From assembly GCA_964636545.1 (NCBI GenBank), contig CAZWSR010000003.1:1-64000 (forward strand): 64,000 bases of DNA, given 5' to 3'. Of the stretch, positions 37,528 to 47,792 are shown in pieces (the stretch's first letter is position 1; every line of letters begins with the position of its first letter). The translations under genes were made by a program, and so were the position numbers. The notes beneath the pieces are model-generated. The model was not told where the DNA came from. It searched no databases and was given only the letters and a program-made list of their open reading frames with translations. Source of the stretch: Candidatus Undinarchaeota archaeon (lineage in GTDB: Archaea; Undinarchaeota; Undinarchaeia; Undinarchaeales; UBA543).

Positions 37528-38746
37528 TTTTGCCCATCCCAGCTTCTGTTTTTTCAGCGATTCTGAGTAGCTCATCGAGCTTTGCAATTCGTTCTCCCCC
37601 AGTCACGCCGCACTTAATGATAGGTGCGGAAAAGCCAACAGCAATATGAGATATTGATGTATCTGTAGTCTCACCAGAACGATGTGACACCACAGGAGTG
37701 TACATATTCTCAATAGCCGTGTTTATAACCTTTTCTGTATCTGTGAGTGAGCCGATTTGATTTGGTTTTACAATTATAGAATTAGCTGATTTTTGCTTTA
37801 TGCACTTGTCAAAAATCTTCGGATTGGTGACAGTTAGGTCATCTGCAACAACCAAACATTGATTTCCAACCCTTTTTGTAAGCTCAGCAAATGACTTAAA
37901 ATCGGCCTCATGAAACGGATCTTCAAGATAGAAAATTCCAAAATGGTCAACAAGTTGTTCCATATAATCAATTTGTTCTGCAGGAGTTTTCTTAACTCCA
38001 TTCTTGTAAACATAAGCTTCTTTGTCAGCATTCCAGAACTGAGTTGCTGCTAAATCCAGACCAGATTTGACTGTAAAACCAACTTGGTCAGATGTCTTAA
38101 TACAAGCTGCAACCAAGATTTCAAGAGCTTCATCATTATCCATTTGCGGAGCCCAGCCACCTTCATCATTTCTACCTTTTGTGAAATTCGGAATTTTTGA
38201 TTTAATAAGCTCAAGCACGATCTTGTGTGCGGTTTCATTCGCCATTACTGCATCATGAATATTATCTGCACCAGTTGGGATGACAAGATATTCCTGGAAA
38301 TCAGGACTTCCTTTTCCAGCATGCGCACCCCCGCCAATCACATTTCCAAGCGGAAACGGCATTGTGTAATTATTTGTTTTTGTGAAAATTTCAAAAAAAT
38401 CTTTTCCATCAACTTCTGCTTTCAGCTTGCCAACAGCCATTGACAACGCAACTGCAAGATTGCCCCCAAGCAATGAAAAACCAGGATCAAGCTCCTTGAA
38501 TTTTGAATCAACTTGATGAAAATCAGCAGAAATATTTACAAACTTTTCAGCATAAGAATCATTGAATCGCTTAACTGCTGCTGCAACTCCTTGCTTTGGA
38601 AATGCAATAACTTCATTGGATCCAGTTGATGCACCAGAAGGCGCTGCCGCGATTGCACTTTGTTTTCCAGCCCAGACCTCAACTTCAATTGTTGGGTTTC
38701 CACGTGAATCAATTATTTCTCTTGCATGTAATTTTGTAATAGGCAT
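37514..38746 (-). CDS. eno: Enolase
   Basis: IDSRGNPTIE, APSGASTG, DEGG, KPNQIG, SHRSGET; start taken at MPITK. Confidence 0.95.
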   Translation of the reverse strand: MPITKLHAREIIDSRGNPTIEVEVWAGKQSAIAAAPSGASTGSNEVIAFPKQGVAAAVKRFNDSYAEKFVNISADFHQVDSKFKELDPGFSLLGGNLAVALSMAVGKLKAEVDGKDFFEIFTKTNNYTMPFPLGNVIGGGAHAGKGSPDFQEYLVIPTGADNIHDAVMANETAHKIVLELIKSKIPNFTKGRNDEGGWAPQMDNDEALEILVAACIKTSDQVGFTVKSGLDLAATQFWNADKEAYVYKNGVKKTPAEQIDYMEQLVDHFGIFYLEDPFHEADFKSFAELTKRVGNQCLVVADDLTVTNPKIFDKCIKQKSANSIIVKPNQIGSLTDTEKVINTAIENMYTPVVSHRSGETTDTSISHIAVGFSAPIIKCGVTGGERIAKLDELLRIAEKTEAGMGKIGIR

Positions 38747-38802
38747 GAAAAAGAGTAGGCTGTTCGTTATATAAATACGTTGAGTTCGTTGATATTTTTT
38801 CA

Positions 38803-38868
38803 GGGGCTCCGGGGCGCAGGGGCTCAGTAGATCCGTACGGCGCTCCGGCTCCACGGATTCACGGCTCC
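38803..38868. repeat. Inverted octamer element between divergent eno and psmB
   Basis: ggggctcc ggggcgca ggggctca gtagatccgt | acggcgct ccggctcc acggattc acggctcc. Confidence 0.85.
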
Positions 38869-38955
38869 CATTATCAAATTTAACCAATAATAAAACTTAT
38901 AAACCCAACAATCAACACTTAACCAAGCAATTTTAAGAGTTTTAAAACTTTAAAG

Positions 38956-39600
38956 GTGAGAATATTGGAAAAAAAAGATATGGAAAAATATTTGAAAGGG
39001 ACAACCACTGTTGGTTTTACATGCACTGACGGTGTCGTAATGGCTTCTGATAGCAGAGCAACAATGGGCTTCATGATAGCTGACAAAAATGCCCGAAAAA
39101 TATATGCAATTGATGACAAGATCGCAATCACAACAGCTGGAATGGTTGGCGACAACCAAATGCTTGTTCGATTAATGAAAGCACAACTTGCGCTTTACAA
39201 AATGGATGGAAAACCAATAACAGTAAAGGCAGCAACCACATTACTTTCAAATGTACTGCACCAAAATCGCTTTTACCCAATGTATGTACAGAACATAATT
39301 GGCGGATTTGATACAAAAGGAAGAATATTTGAATTGGATATGGCAGGCGGAATGGGTGAGAAAGATATATCATCCACAGGATCCGGCTCCCCAACAGCAT
39401 ACGGTGTTCTTGAAAATGATTGGAAAAAAGGAATGACTGTAGACGAAGGTGTTCACCTTGGTGTAAAATGTATCCACACTGCTTTGGAACGAGATGCAGC
39501 AACAGGAAACAATGTTCGCGTAATGAAAATAACTGCAAACGGAGTTGAAGAAGTTTCAAAAGAAACAATTGCACAAATAAGAACTGAGTTAGCAAAATAA
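38956..39600 (+). CDS. psmB: Proteasome beta subunit
   Basis: KG/TTTVG autoprocessing site, DSRAT, TGSGS, RDAATG; start could be 38965 or 38980. Confidence 0.95.
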   Translation: MRILEKKDMEKYLKGTTTVGFTCTDGVVMASDSRATMGFMIADKNARKIYAIDDKIAITTAGMVGDNQMLVRLMKAQLALYKMDGKPITVKAATTLLSNVLHQNRFYPMYVQNIIGGFDTKGRIFELDMAGGMGEKDISSTGSGSPTAYGVLENDWKKGMTVDEGVHLGVKCIHTALERDAATGNNVRVMKITANGVEEVSKETIAQIRTELAK

Positions 39601-39604
39601 AGAA

Positions 39605-39670
39605 TCGTTTTTAGTCTTTCGTTATTCGTTTTTAGTAAACGAACAACGAGAAACCAATAACGAATAACAA
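39605..39670. repeat. Inverted heptamer element, TCGTTWT family, psmB/aCPSF1 junction
   Basis: tcgtttt tagtctt tcgttat tcgtttt tagt | aaacga acaacga gaaacca ataacga ataacaa. Confidence 0.85.
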
Positions 39671-39709
39671 GATAATAATCACGTTTTCAAAATTTAGGAG
39701 AATAATATA

Positions 39710-41620
39710 ATGACAGTATTTCTTGACGAAATTCAGGAGAATATCCCAAAACCAGCACAAGTAGAGAAAGTGCAGCTAGAGGGATCTAAAATTGTAATTT
39801 ATGCAAAAAAACTAGATTACTTTAGTGCAAATCCAGAAATTGTCAAAAACATTGTTGGAAAATACAAAAAGCGCGTTGATGTACGAGCAGATGTTACTGT
39901 TCTAACAGATGTTGAAAAAGCTAAAAAAACAATAATGGATATTGTTCCAAAAGAAGCAGAAATCACAGAAATTATTTTCATGAGCGATGTGAGTCGAGTT
40001 ATAATTGAAGCAAAGAAACCAGGGCTTGTTATTGGAAAAGCAGGAACAACATTGCGAGAAATCAAAAAAGAGATAAAATGGTCTCCACGTGTTGAGCGAA
40101 CTCCCGTGATTCCATCAAAAATCATACAAACAATAAGGCATGTTCTTTATACTGGTGGAGCAGACAGATCAAAATTCCTAGCATCACTTGGAAGAAAAGT
40201 CAGGCCGAAAACAATTGGACCAGATGGAGATGAAGGTGACAAGTGGATTAGAGTAACATCACTTGGAGGTTTCAGAGAAGTTGGCCGCAGTGCAGTGCTT
40301 TTGCAAACACAGGACAGCAAAGTTTTGATGGATTGTGGAGTTAATGTAGCAGCGCACGGCTCAAATGCATTCCCATATTTGAATGCCCCAGAATTTGATT
40401 TGAAAACACTGGATGCAATTGTTGTAACCCACGCCCACCTTGACCACTCAGGATTTATTCCATATTTGTACAAGTACGGTTATGACGGACCGGTTTACTG
40501 CACACCAGGAACACGGGACTTAATGACCTTGCTACAGCTTGATTATGTTGATATTGCACAGCGAGAAGGAAAGAAAATCCCTTACTCTAAAAAAGAAATT
40601 CAAGAAGTTATCAAACACACAATAACATTAGATTATGAAGAAGTTACTGACATAACACAGGACTGCAGACTTACACTTTATCCAGCAGGACACATTCTTG
40701 GATCTTCAATGGCACACATACATATTGGTGAGGGGCTTCATAATATTATTTACACTGGAGATATTAAATTTGAAAACACTAACCTACTTCAGGGAGCAGC
40801 AAGCAATTTCCCTCGTCTTGAAACATTGATTATGGAGAGTACATACGGTGGAAAGAATGACATGCAAGCTCCACGACAAGATGCAGAGACAAAACTTGCC
40901 GATGTTTTAAAAGAAACAATTGCAAGGAAAGGAAAAGTTTTGATTCCAGTTCTTGCTGTTGGACGTGCACAGGAAGTTATGATTGTTCTTGAAAGACTTG
41001 CTCGACAGAAAAAAGTTGGAGACTTCAATATTTATCTAGATGGCATGATTTGGGATGCAACAGCAATCCACACAGCTTATCCAGAATACTTATCACGAAA
41101 CCTAAGACAACAGATATTCCACGATGACAAGAATCCGTTTATGTCTGGAGTTTTCAAGAGAGTTGGCGGAAAGAAAGAACGTGAGGAATTAATAGAGCAT
41201 GGAGATCCTTGTGTAATTTTGGCAACATCTGGTATGCTTGCTGGCGGTCCGTCAGTTGAGTATTTCAGACGCTTTGCTGAAAGTGCAAAGAATTCTATTG
41301 TATTTGTGTCATATCAGGCAGAAGGCTCACTTGGAAAAAGGATACAGAAAGGTTTCAAGCAAATTACACTGGAAAACGGAAAAGGGCAGAATGAAATTGT
41401 TAATATGAAAATGCCTGTTCACACAATTGATGGTTTCTCAGGTCACAGTGACCGAAGATCTTTAATGAATTTTGTTGGAAAACTGAATCCAAAACCAGAC
41501 AGAGTGCTGGTAAATCACGGAGATAATATGAAATGTTTGGATTTAGCAAGTTCTTTGCATAAGGCCTACAAGGTTGACACTTATGCTCCAAAGAATTTAG
41601 AGACAATTAGGTTGCGGTAA
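39710..41620 (+). CDS. fttA: aCPSF1 / FttA beta-CASP ribonuclease with KH domains
   Basis: KH (VIGKAG), GGFREVGRS, THAHLDH, AGHILGS, FSGHSD; adjacent to psmB. Confidence 0.93.
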   Translation: MTVFLDEIQENIPKPAQVEKVQLEGSKIVIYAKKLDYFSANPEIVKNIVGKYKKRVDVRADVTVLTDVEKAKKTIMDIVPKEAEITEIIFMSDVSRVIIEAKKPGLVIGKAGTTLREIKKEIKWSPRVERTPVIPSKIIQTIRHVLYTGGADRSKFLASLGRKVRPKTIGPDGDEGDKWIRVTSLGGFREVGRSAVLLQTQDSKVLMDCGVNVAAHGSNAFPYLNAPEFDLKTLDAIVVTHAHLDHSGFIPYLYKYGYDGPVYCTPGTRDLMTLLQLDYVDIAQREGKKIPYSKKEIQEVIKHTITLDYEEVTDITQDCRLTLYPAGHILGSSMAHIHIGEGLHNIIYTGDIKFENTNLLQGAASNFPRLETLIMESTYGGKNDMQAPRQDAETKLADVLKETIARKGKVLIPVLAVGRAQEVMIVLERLARQKKVGDFNIYLDGMIWDATAIHTAYPEYLSRNLRQQIFHDDKNPFMSGVFKRVGGKKEREELIEHGDPCVILATSGMLAGGPSVEYFRRFAESAKNSIVFVSYQAEGSLGKRIQKGFKQITLENGKGQNEIVNMKMPVHTIDGFSGHSDRRSLMNFVGKLNPKPDRVLVNHGDNMKCLDLASSLHKAYKVDTYAPKNLETIRLR

Positions 41621-41664
41621 AAGCTCACCGCTAACCCCTAATTCCCGAAAAATTTAATCCAATT

Positions 41665-42108
41665 TTAAGCTAATGGATTTGTTTCTGCTGGCTCTTCAGG
41701 TAGTGGACTCAAATCAGATGGCCCAACACTAACAGGTTCCATTCCAGCTCGTGCAATTCTGACACTTGGAGGTGTAATAACAATTATATCCTCTTTAATG
41801 CCTGCAATATCGCCGCCAATGGCTGAAGTTGTTCGCTGAATACGCTTCAAAGCTCGTTTTAGTTCCATTTTCTCTTGAACTAAAGAAGGCTTGACCTTAA
41901 GCACAACAACATTAGAACGGTCACGAAGATGTGCAAGGATACCCTCTACATCAGTGAACTCGTTTAGTGAAAGAACACGCAAAACATGTGCAGAATCTGC
42001 TTTTCCACCTTTCCAGTCTAGCTCGAGATACTTTGGCTCGCGCGAAACATGAGTAGGTGCTCTGGCGCCTACACTTGGTTTAAGTATTTTATCTAGTAAT
42101 CTCCTCAT
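41665..42108 (-). CDS. sepF: Cell division protein SepF
   Basis: YLEL, ELKRA, GGDIAGI, IVITPPSVRIAR. Confidence 0.85.
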   Translation of the reverse strand: MRRLLDKILKPSVGARAPTHVSREPKYLELDWKGGKADSAHVLRVLSLNEFTDVEGILAHLRDRSNVVVLKVKPSLVQEKMELKRALKRIQRTTSAIGGDIAGIKEDIIVITPPSVRIARAGMEPVSVGPSDLSPLPEEPAETNPLA

Positions 42109-42173
42109 TATAACTCCCCTCGGACTTAATGTGTTAGCGTGTTTGTTTATATATTTTTCTCCAGTGAACTATG

Positions 42174-42440
42174 TCACTTCTTGTTATTACCACTTAATGA
42201 CTCAACCATGCTCAATGCTTGGTAAATGAACGTTCTTGTGCTCATATCAATGTTTGAGTCACCTGCCATATCCTCAAGATGCTGGAGTGCCTTGTTCTTT
42301 CTAGCCTCAATTGAATCGCCATTGTCCTGCAGAACTTTTGAAACTGTTTCAGCTCGTGTACGGACATTTTGTGGAAGATAAGTATCCTCCGAAAGCTCAG
42401 ACAAATTCTCAACAATCTGATTTAGAACAGAAACACTCAT
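42174..42440 (-). CDS. UPF0147 family protein
   Basis: EDTYLPQNVR, D.NI..STRT.IYQALSMVES. Confidence 0.8.
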   Translation of the reverse strand: MSVSVLNQIVENLSELSEDTYLPQNVRTRAETVSKVLQDNGDSIEARKNKALQHLEDMAGDSNIDMSTRTFIYQALSMVESLSGNNKK

Positions 42441-43417
42441 TTTGAAACGCGCTCCTTGATTATTTGAACTGCTTTTTCCAATGCTGCATCGATATTTTGT
42501 GTGTTCTTGCCATTAACACCAGCAGCATTTGGATGACCGCTTCCAGTTCCTTCAATAATTTTAGATAGCTCTGGAGCAATATCTGTTCCTAAGTTTATCC
42601 CAGTTGCATCTGAAAATGAACTTTTAGATCGCATACTTATCCGAACTTCCTTGTCCTTGTGAGCAGCTGCGATTGCAACATCAGCTCCGCTTCTTAAAAG
42701 AGCGCGGGCAGTTGCTGCTTCAAATGTTCCAACAACTGTTGTAACAACTAAAAACTCAGAAACGCGAGTTGTCTGAAGACGTTGCATTCCTTTTAGAACA
42801 GCGATTCTCTCAGAAACATCAGGAACTAGTGAAAGAGTTTCCATTATTTCTTTTGGCTCAATATTGTGCTCTTTCATCAAAGTAGTAATCATCTCAAAAG
42901 TTGAAACCTTTGCAAATCGGAAGTGAGCAGTGTCAGTCACCATTCCAAGAATAAGAGCAAGAGCTGTTTTTCGATTAAGCTCATAACCAAGAAGAGGCAC
43001 TAGCTTGTAAACAAGCTCAGTTGTGCTAACTGCATTTACATCAACGATTTTTTCATCAGCAGTTATTGATTCGCCTTGGATTGCATGATGATCAATAACA
43101 ACTCGTGGGATTTTTGAATTTAAAACAGTATTAGAGTAAGAAGACAATTGTCCCGGAGTTGAAGTATCAACTAAAATAACAAGATCGCAATCTAGTGGTG
43201 GGCTTTTAACAAACTCAGCACCTAGGCTAGACATTACTTTTTTGGAAAGCTTGCTGATACTTTCTGCAAAACCGATAACAGTCTCGCAACCCAAACTTTT
43301 CAGTGCTTCTGAAAGAACATAAGCGGACCCAACTGCGTCAGGATCAGCATTATGATGTCCAATAATAACTACTTTTTTTCCAGAATACTGTTTGAGAAAA
43401 TCAGCGATTTTTTCCAT
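42437..43417 (-). CDS. DHH family phosphoesterase
   Basis: HHNADPDA, IDHH, DTAHF, GSGHPNAAG. Confidence 0.9.
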   Translation of the reverse strand: MEKIADFLKQYSGKKVVIIGHHNADPDAVGSAYVLSEALKSLGCETVIGFAESISKLSKKVMSSLGAEFVKSPPLDCDLVILVDTSTPGQLSSYSNTVLNSKIPRVVIDHHAIQGESITADEKIVDVNAVSTTELVYKLVPLLGYELNRKTALALILGMVTDTAHFRFAKVSTFEMITTLMKEHNIEPKEIMETLSLVPDVSERIAVLKGMQRLQTTRVSEFLVVTTVVGTFEAATARALLRSGADVAIAAAHKDKEVRISMRSKSSFSDATGINLGTDIAPELSKIIEGTGSGHPNAAGVNGKNTQNIDAALEKAVQIIKERVSK

Positions 43418-43421
43418 TATC

Positions 43422-43790
43422 TTATTCAGACTTTTTTTCTGGTGCGCCAGGAAGAATTCCCTGTAACCTGTCCTGAATGGACTTCAAGTTGTTTGTAAGC
43501 TTTTCTTCTTGGGAAGAAAGTGACTTCATACGAACTTCAAGAGAATCAACTTTTTCCTTTAATTCACCAGAGATGGTTGCCTTGTCAGTTTTGATAAGGA
43601 TTTGTCCAACAATCTTGTGAACTTCGGATTTATCATCTGTTTTCTCAAGTTCTTCCAGTGCAGATTGTGCTTCCTTTAATTGGATTTCTGCTTGGTATTT
43701 CTGAGACATAATCATTCGAGCCTGTTGCTGGCCTTCTTGAAATTCTCTTAGTTTGTCCTGAATATCAGGAGACATTTTTTCTTCAGTCAT
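43422..43790 (-). CDS. pfdB: Prefoldin beta subunit
   Basis: Coiled coil with HKIVGQILIK hairpin; superoperon position. Confidence 0.9.
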   Translation of the reverse strand: MTEEKMSPDIQDKLREFQEGQQQARMIMSQKYQAEIQLKEAQSALEELEKTDDKSEVHKIVGQILIKTDKATISGELKEKVDSLEVRMKSLSSQEEKLTNNLKSIQDRLQGILPGAPEKKSE

Positions 43791-43876
43791 TTTTGTTTAT
43801 CCTCTTGGTTAAGGTTTCAGCCCTCGGCCATCAGCCATCAGTTCCTGAGGGCTGACTGCTGACTGCTGATACCTGT
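43791..43876 (-). repeat. Intercistronic inverted-heptamer cassette (TCAGCMN family) including SD, copy 1
   Basis: tcagccc tcggcca tcagcca tcag-ttc-ctga gggctga ctgctga ctgctga; near-identical to 44523-44612 and to the reverse complement of 58875-58959. Confidence 0.9.
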
Positions 43877-44092
43877 TTATTCCAACCCCTCCGCAACTTG
43901 AACAAGCCGCAGGTAAGAGTTAAGCGCTGCTTTGAGCGCAGCAACATCAGTTGCCTCTATGTTGAACACGAGTTTGTTACCAGATGCAGATGCTTTTACT
44001 GAAAAGCGATTAGCATCTTCCATATCTGGTTTTAGTGAGTCAATTACTCTCTGTGGATTTTCTGTTTCGATATTAACCTGTGCAGTAATCAT
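43877..44092 (-). CDS. pcc1: KEOPS complex subunit Pcc1
   Basis: SLKPD, IEATDVAALKAALNSYLRL; start taken at MITAQ. Confidence 0.85.
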   Translation of the reverse strand: MITAQVNIETENPQRVIDSLKPDMEDANRFSVKASASGNKLVFNIEATDVAALKAALNSYLRLVQVAEGLE

Positions 44093-44093
44093 T

Positions 44094-44237
44094 TTAACGG
44101 GATGAAACTTTGCAAGCAACAGGTTGTCTAACCTTGAAGAAAATCTTGTAACCGCATTTCACGCAGCGTATACTGCCTGAAGAATCGCGCGGTTCAGTTG
44201 TTTTTTCATGACAATTCCAGCATGTGTATTCAGCCAT
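44094..44237 (-). CDS. rpoP: RNA polymerase subunit P (Rpo12), not in ORF track
   Basis: Manual translation MAEYTCWNC...IRCVKCGYKIFFKVRQP (47 aa); follows rpl37ae. Confidence 0.9.
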   Translation of the reverse strand: MAEYTCWNCHEKTTEPRDSSGSIRCVKCGYKIFFKVRQPVACKVSSR

Positions 44238-44522
44238 TTATTTTTCCTCCTGTTTAGATTCAGATTCATAATCTTCCACAGCAACTACTTGAGATTTTTT
44301 CTCTGTTTTAGTTAATGGAGCATAAGCGCCACCAGCGTATTTTGCACCACATTTTGAGCATTCCCAAACACCAGTAGCAGTACGTTTAGCAGATTTCATT
44401 TGGCATTTAAGGCAAGGATGCTTGGCTTTTGAAACAGCTTCAATTGCCTTTACCTTGTTCCTGATTTTTCTACCGTACCGTGGGCCGAATCTACCTGTAC
44501 TTCCTACTTTTTTTGTTGCCAT
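44238..44522 (-). CDS. rpl37ae: 50S ribosomal protein eL43 (L37ae)
   Basis: [20 protein letters not shown]. Confidence 0.95.
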   Translation of the reverse strand: MATKKVGSTGRFGPRYGRKIRNKVKAIEAVSKAKHPCLKCQMKSAKRTATGVWECSKCGAKYAGGAYAPLTKTEKKSQVVAVEDYESESKQEEK

Positions 44523-44612
44523 CTTTTGTTTTTCCTTTTGGTTAAGGTGTCAGCCCTCTGCCCTCTGCCTTCAGGTCCTGAAGGCTGAATGCTGACTGCT
44601 GATACCTGTTTA
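44523..44612 (-). repeat. Intercistronic inverted-heptamer cassette, copy 2
   Basis: tcagccc tctgccc tctgcct tcag-gtc-ctga aggctga atgctga ctgctga tacctg. Confidence 0.9.
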
Positions 44613-45425
44613 TCACATCTTCCCAGCACTTGGCTGAGCTTCTTGTGGACTGGTTTTTGCTTGTGCAAGAGCATCTTGCACAATTTTCCGCTTTTCAGCA
44701 GCACGAGTTATTGCAATGTCAACACATTTCATTATTTCTTCTATTGACCATGCACCACCAAGTGCCTTTTGCATTGCACAGACATTGTTATTCTCCTCAA
44801 CAGTTATTGTTAAGCGAGCGTCTGCGACATTCTCTTCTGCCACTGTTGGGTCAAGCAATATGTCACTATCCACCTTTATAAAAGTATTGGATATTGGCAT
44901 TTTGGTAATCGGCAAAGGGCCGAAATCCTCAATCACAGTGTTGTGAAGAGCTGCAACTGCTGCTAAAGAAGCTGCATCCATGTAATTTCCGCTGTTGTCT
45001 AGGACATAAGCATCAATACACACAATTCTTGTTTCTTCTCCAGGAGTTATGCAAAGCTTTTCAAGGTCAATACATTTTGACTCGCGGATTCCGCGGTCAA
45101 CGACTCTTGCAAGTTCAATTGCTACCTCACTTGGAGGTCCTGGCTGGAATTTAGGATCAGCTGATGCATTAAGCTCAGCATTGGTTGTCAAAACACCCAT
45201 GTTTGGTGAGTCAGGGTATGGAACTGCTTTTCCAATTTTGATTCCTGAAGCAACCATTGTCTGGCCAAGCCAGCAGGTTGCAGATCCTTCAGCACGTTTG
45301 TAGTCGCCGATAGTCAGTTTAATTGGCCTAAATTGGTCAAAAGCCCGACCATCTGCACGCTTACCGCTTTTAATTAGCTCACGTGTTGATTTCTTTTCCA
45401 GATTTGGAATTATTGTTACACTCAT
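44613..45425 (-). CDS. rrp42: Exosome subunit Rrp42
   Basis: [28 protein letters not shown]. Confidence 0.93.
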   Translation of the reverse strand: MSVTIIPNLEKKSTRELIKSGKRADGRAFDQFRPIKLTIGDYKRAEGSATCWLGQTMVASGIKIGKAVPYPDSPNMGVLTTNAELNASADPKFQPGPPSEVAIELARVVDRGIRESKCIDLEKLCITPGEETRIVCIDAYVLDNSGNYMDAASLAAVAALHNTVIEDFGPLPITKMPISNTFIKVDSDILLDPTVAEENVADARLTITVEENNNVCAMQKALGGAWSIEEIMKCVDIAITRAAEKRKIVQDALAQAKTSPQEAQPSAGKM

Positions 45426-46138
45426 TTGTATCTCCTCCGAAGCGCATCCTTTTGCGCCTCATACAATTGGTTGCATCCGTCTGTTGCATACTTAATTGCC
45501 TGGCTGAGCTCGTCTTTTGTCAAAAGCCCATCCATCTGAAGCAAAGTTATATGTTTGCCTCGGCCAGTAACTGCAACTGGGACATCTGCTTCTCCACAAT
45601 TGTCTTCAATGCCATTCAAATCTAGAACAACAGTGCCGTCGATTTTTCCTGCTGCGCAGGATGAAAGAAGGTCTGTCATTGCGATTCCAGCATCGGCAAG
45701 AGCCACAGAAGCAGCAGTAAGGCCAACAACACGTGTTCCAGCATCTGCTTGAACAACATTGATGTCAATCTCTATTGCTGATCTTGGGTACTTTTCAAGT
45801 AAAACTACTGATTCAAATGCCTCGCGAGTAACTTTTCCGATTTCGCGTGACCTTCGATCAGGGCCTGGGCGTTTCCTGTCAGAAACTGAGAAAGGAAGCA
45901 TATTATACCTCACTTTCAAAACACCTTTGTCAGGCCGCAATGCGTGCCTTGGGTGCATTTCAACAGGGCCGTAAACAGACGCATATGCGTGGGTTTCGCC
46001 AAGTTCTACATATGCAGAACCGTCAGCTCGCTCCAGTACACCTGCCTCTATCTTAAAAGGCCTCATGTCTCCTGGTCCACGACCGTCAGTTCGCTTGCCA
46101 TCGACAAGCAGTTTAACATCAGTTTGAGTTCCTCCCAT
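45422..46138 (-). CDS. rrp41: Exosome subunit Rrp41
   Basis: [32 protein letters not shown]; start taken at MGGTQ. Confidence 0.95.
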   Translation of the reverse strand: MGGTQTDVKLLVDGKRTDGRGPGDMRPFKIEAGVLERADGSAYVELGETHAYASVYGPVEMHPRHALRPDKGVLKVRYNMLPFSVSDRKRPGPDRRSREIGKVTREAFESVVLLEKYPRSAIEIDINVVQADAGTRVVGLTAASVALADAGIAMTDLLSSCAAGKIDGTVVLDLNGIEDNCGEADVPVAVTGRGKHITLLQMDGLLTKDELSQAIKYATDGCNQLYEAQKDALRRRYK

Positions 46139-46139
46139 T

Positions 46140-47039
46140 TTAAAACACCTCCATGTCATCAACCTTTTTCTCTTCAGGTGCTTCAGATCCTTTTATTTTT
46201 GGAAGCTCAGCTTCTGCAAGTTTTTTAACTTGTGGAACTGGCTTTGGAGCTGGTGCTGCCTGAGCAACAGGTGCTGGTGCCGCTGCTGGTGTAGCTTGTG
46301 CTACAGGAGCAGGTGCGCCAGGAGTTGCTGGTGCTGCAAGTGCTACTGGTTTTGGTGCAGATATTCCTGTTGATTTTGACAGAAATTTCTGAACTTCATC
46401 AGTCAAACCCTGTTTGTGTGCATTCTTTTCAATTAGACGAATTGCGTCAACAGCAAGTTGCATGTTAACACCGCTAATCCAGATGCGTCCGTTCTGACCA
46501 ACTACAATTCTGCAGCCAGTTTTGTCCTTTATCATCTGAATCATTGTGCCTTTCTTTCCAATTATGCGTGGCACTTTTGTTGGGCAGATTTCTATCATTT
46601 GCCCACCATTCAGTTTGTACAAGCCGCGATCTTTCATTGTAAGACCTGCGACAAGAGATTCTGAAACATTATCCACTTTTGCTAGGATAACATCACCAAT
46701 TGCGTATATGTCTGACAGCTTTTCGCTGTTCAGATCAACGTATCGCTCGCATCCGTTTGCTACTGAAAGCACTGCGGAATAATTAGAATTTATTTCCAAG
46801 TTCCACATTGAAAATGCAATATCGGTTATTACACCAATTACAAGATCGCGTGGCTTTGGAAGATATTTTCCCTTAAGCGGTATCACTTTTAAGAAGGATT
46901 CTTTTGCATCCAAAAGTCCAAGAACTGAAGCATAGACTCCAGTCTCGTCTCGGAATGTTCCTTCACCGAGCAGATAGTCACCTTCTGCTATCTGATCACC
47001 AGGCAAAACCAATTGCCTGTTCTCTATTTTTAAAGTCAT
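46140..47039 (-). CDS. rrp4: Exosome RNA-binding subunit Rrp4 with Ala/Pro-rich tail
   Basis: VLPGD, S1 domain, [20 protein letters not shown]. Confidence 0.93.
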   Translation of the reverse strand: MTLKIENRQLVLPGDQIAEGDYLLGEGTFRDETGVYASVLGLLDAKESFLKVIPLKGKYLPKPRDLVIGVITDIAFSMWNLEINSNYSAVLSVANGCERYVDLNSEKLSDIYAIGDVILAKVDNVSESLVAGLTMKDRGLYKLNGGQMIEICPTKVPRIIGKKGTMIQMIKDKTGCRIVVGQNGRIWISGVNMQLAVDAIRLIEKNAHKQGLTDEVQKFLSKSTGISAPKPVALAAPATPGAPAPVAQATPAAAPAPVAQAAPAPKPVPQVKKLAEAELPKIKGSEAPEEKKVDDMEVF

Positions 47040-47055
47040 TTTTTATTTTTCTCCT

Positions 47056-47754
47056 TTAATTATTAATTTTGTTAAATTGTGCTTGTCCTTTTGTTTCGTT
47101 TTGAATTTCTTCATAAAAGTCAGTTTCAATTCCAGCTGGAATAACAACAATTGCTTTTAGGAATCCGTTGTTGTCCCATTCTTCTTTTGCAAGAGAATGA
47201 TGCTTTAGTATTCCGTAAACCTTTCCTGTGTATTCCGGCGGAATTGTGACTTCTATCTTCAGCTGTTCTATACTTATTGGAATCAGCGGCTTTAGGGCCT
47301 GCACAACTTTCTCAACTTGGTCCTCTGCTTTTGCAAAAGGACTTATTGAAACGCGCGCCTCTTCAATTGCTGTCTCGATTCTTTGAGGCGGGTGAGGTGT
47401 TTTTGTTTGTGGGTTATACGCCTCTCGCGCTATTATCGCTATGATTGCTCGCTTTTTTTCTTCAGACATTTTCTTTTTCTGTTCTGTTGTAAGTTGAACC
47501 TCTCCTTTTTGTATGATTTGAGAGGCAACTTGTTCAGAATCATTCGTTCCGAATATGTCTTTCATCACATTTTCTGATGCTTTGTCGCCTTTGCGAGCGT
47601 CTTTGTAGATTTCATTTGATGCCAGCACATCGCGAATGCTTACGCTGGTTTCCCCGTCTTTTAGCTTTAATGCAAGGACAGGGTCTACATATATTTCGAA
47701 ATTATGGCCACCTTGACTATAACGTGCAAGGACTGCCTTATCAATGTTTACCAA
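47056..47754 (-). CDS. sdo1: Ribosome maturation factor SBDS/Sdo1
   Basis: FEIYVDP, FGT, GEVQLT, PHPPQRIE. Confidence 0.93.
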   Translation of the reverse strand: MVNIDKAVLARYSQGGHNFEIYVDPVLALKLKDGETSVSIRDVLASNEIYKDARKGDKASENVMKDIFGTNDSEQVASQIIQKGEVQLTTEQKKKMSEEKKRAIIAIIAREAYNPQTKTPHPPQRIETAIEEARVSISPFAKAEDQVEKVVQALKPLIPISIEQLKIEVTIPPEYTGKVYGILKHHSLAKEEWDNNGFLKAIVVIPAGIETDFYEEIQNETKGQAQFNKINN

Positions 47755-47792
47755 TGTTTTCTCCTATTACTCAACAAGTCGGTGAGTATGAT

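Noticed and set aside
38747-38887. N-terminal extensions in the ORF track (eno; likewise rpl15e, drg, asnS, ftsZ, trmJ)
   Set aside because: They run through promoters or repeat elements; downstream ATGs match family N-termini
41626-41650. Possible degenerate heptamer array after aCPSF1 (accgcta accccta attcccg)
   Set aside because: Only three poorly matching units; not distinguishable from chance
42174-42440. Small helical protein as the four-helix-bundle partner of the repeats
   Set aside because: Motifs fit UPF0147 and it is not flanked by arrays
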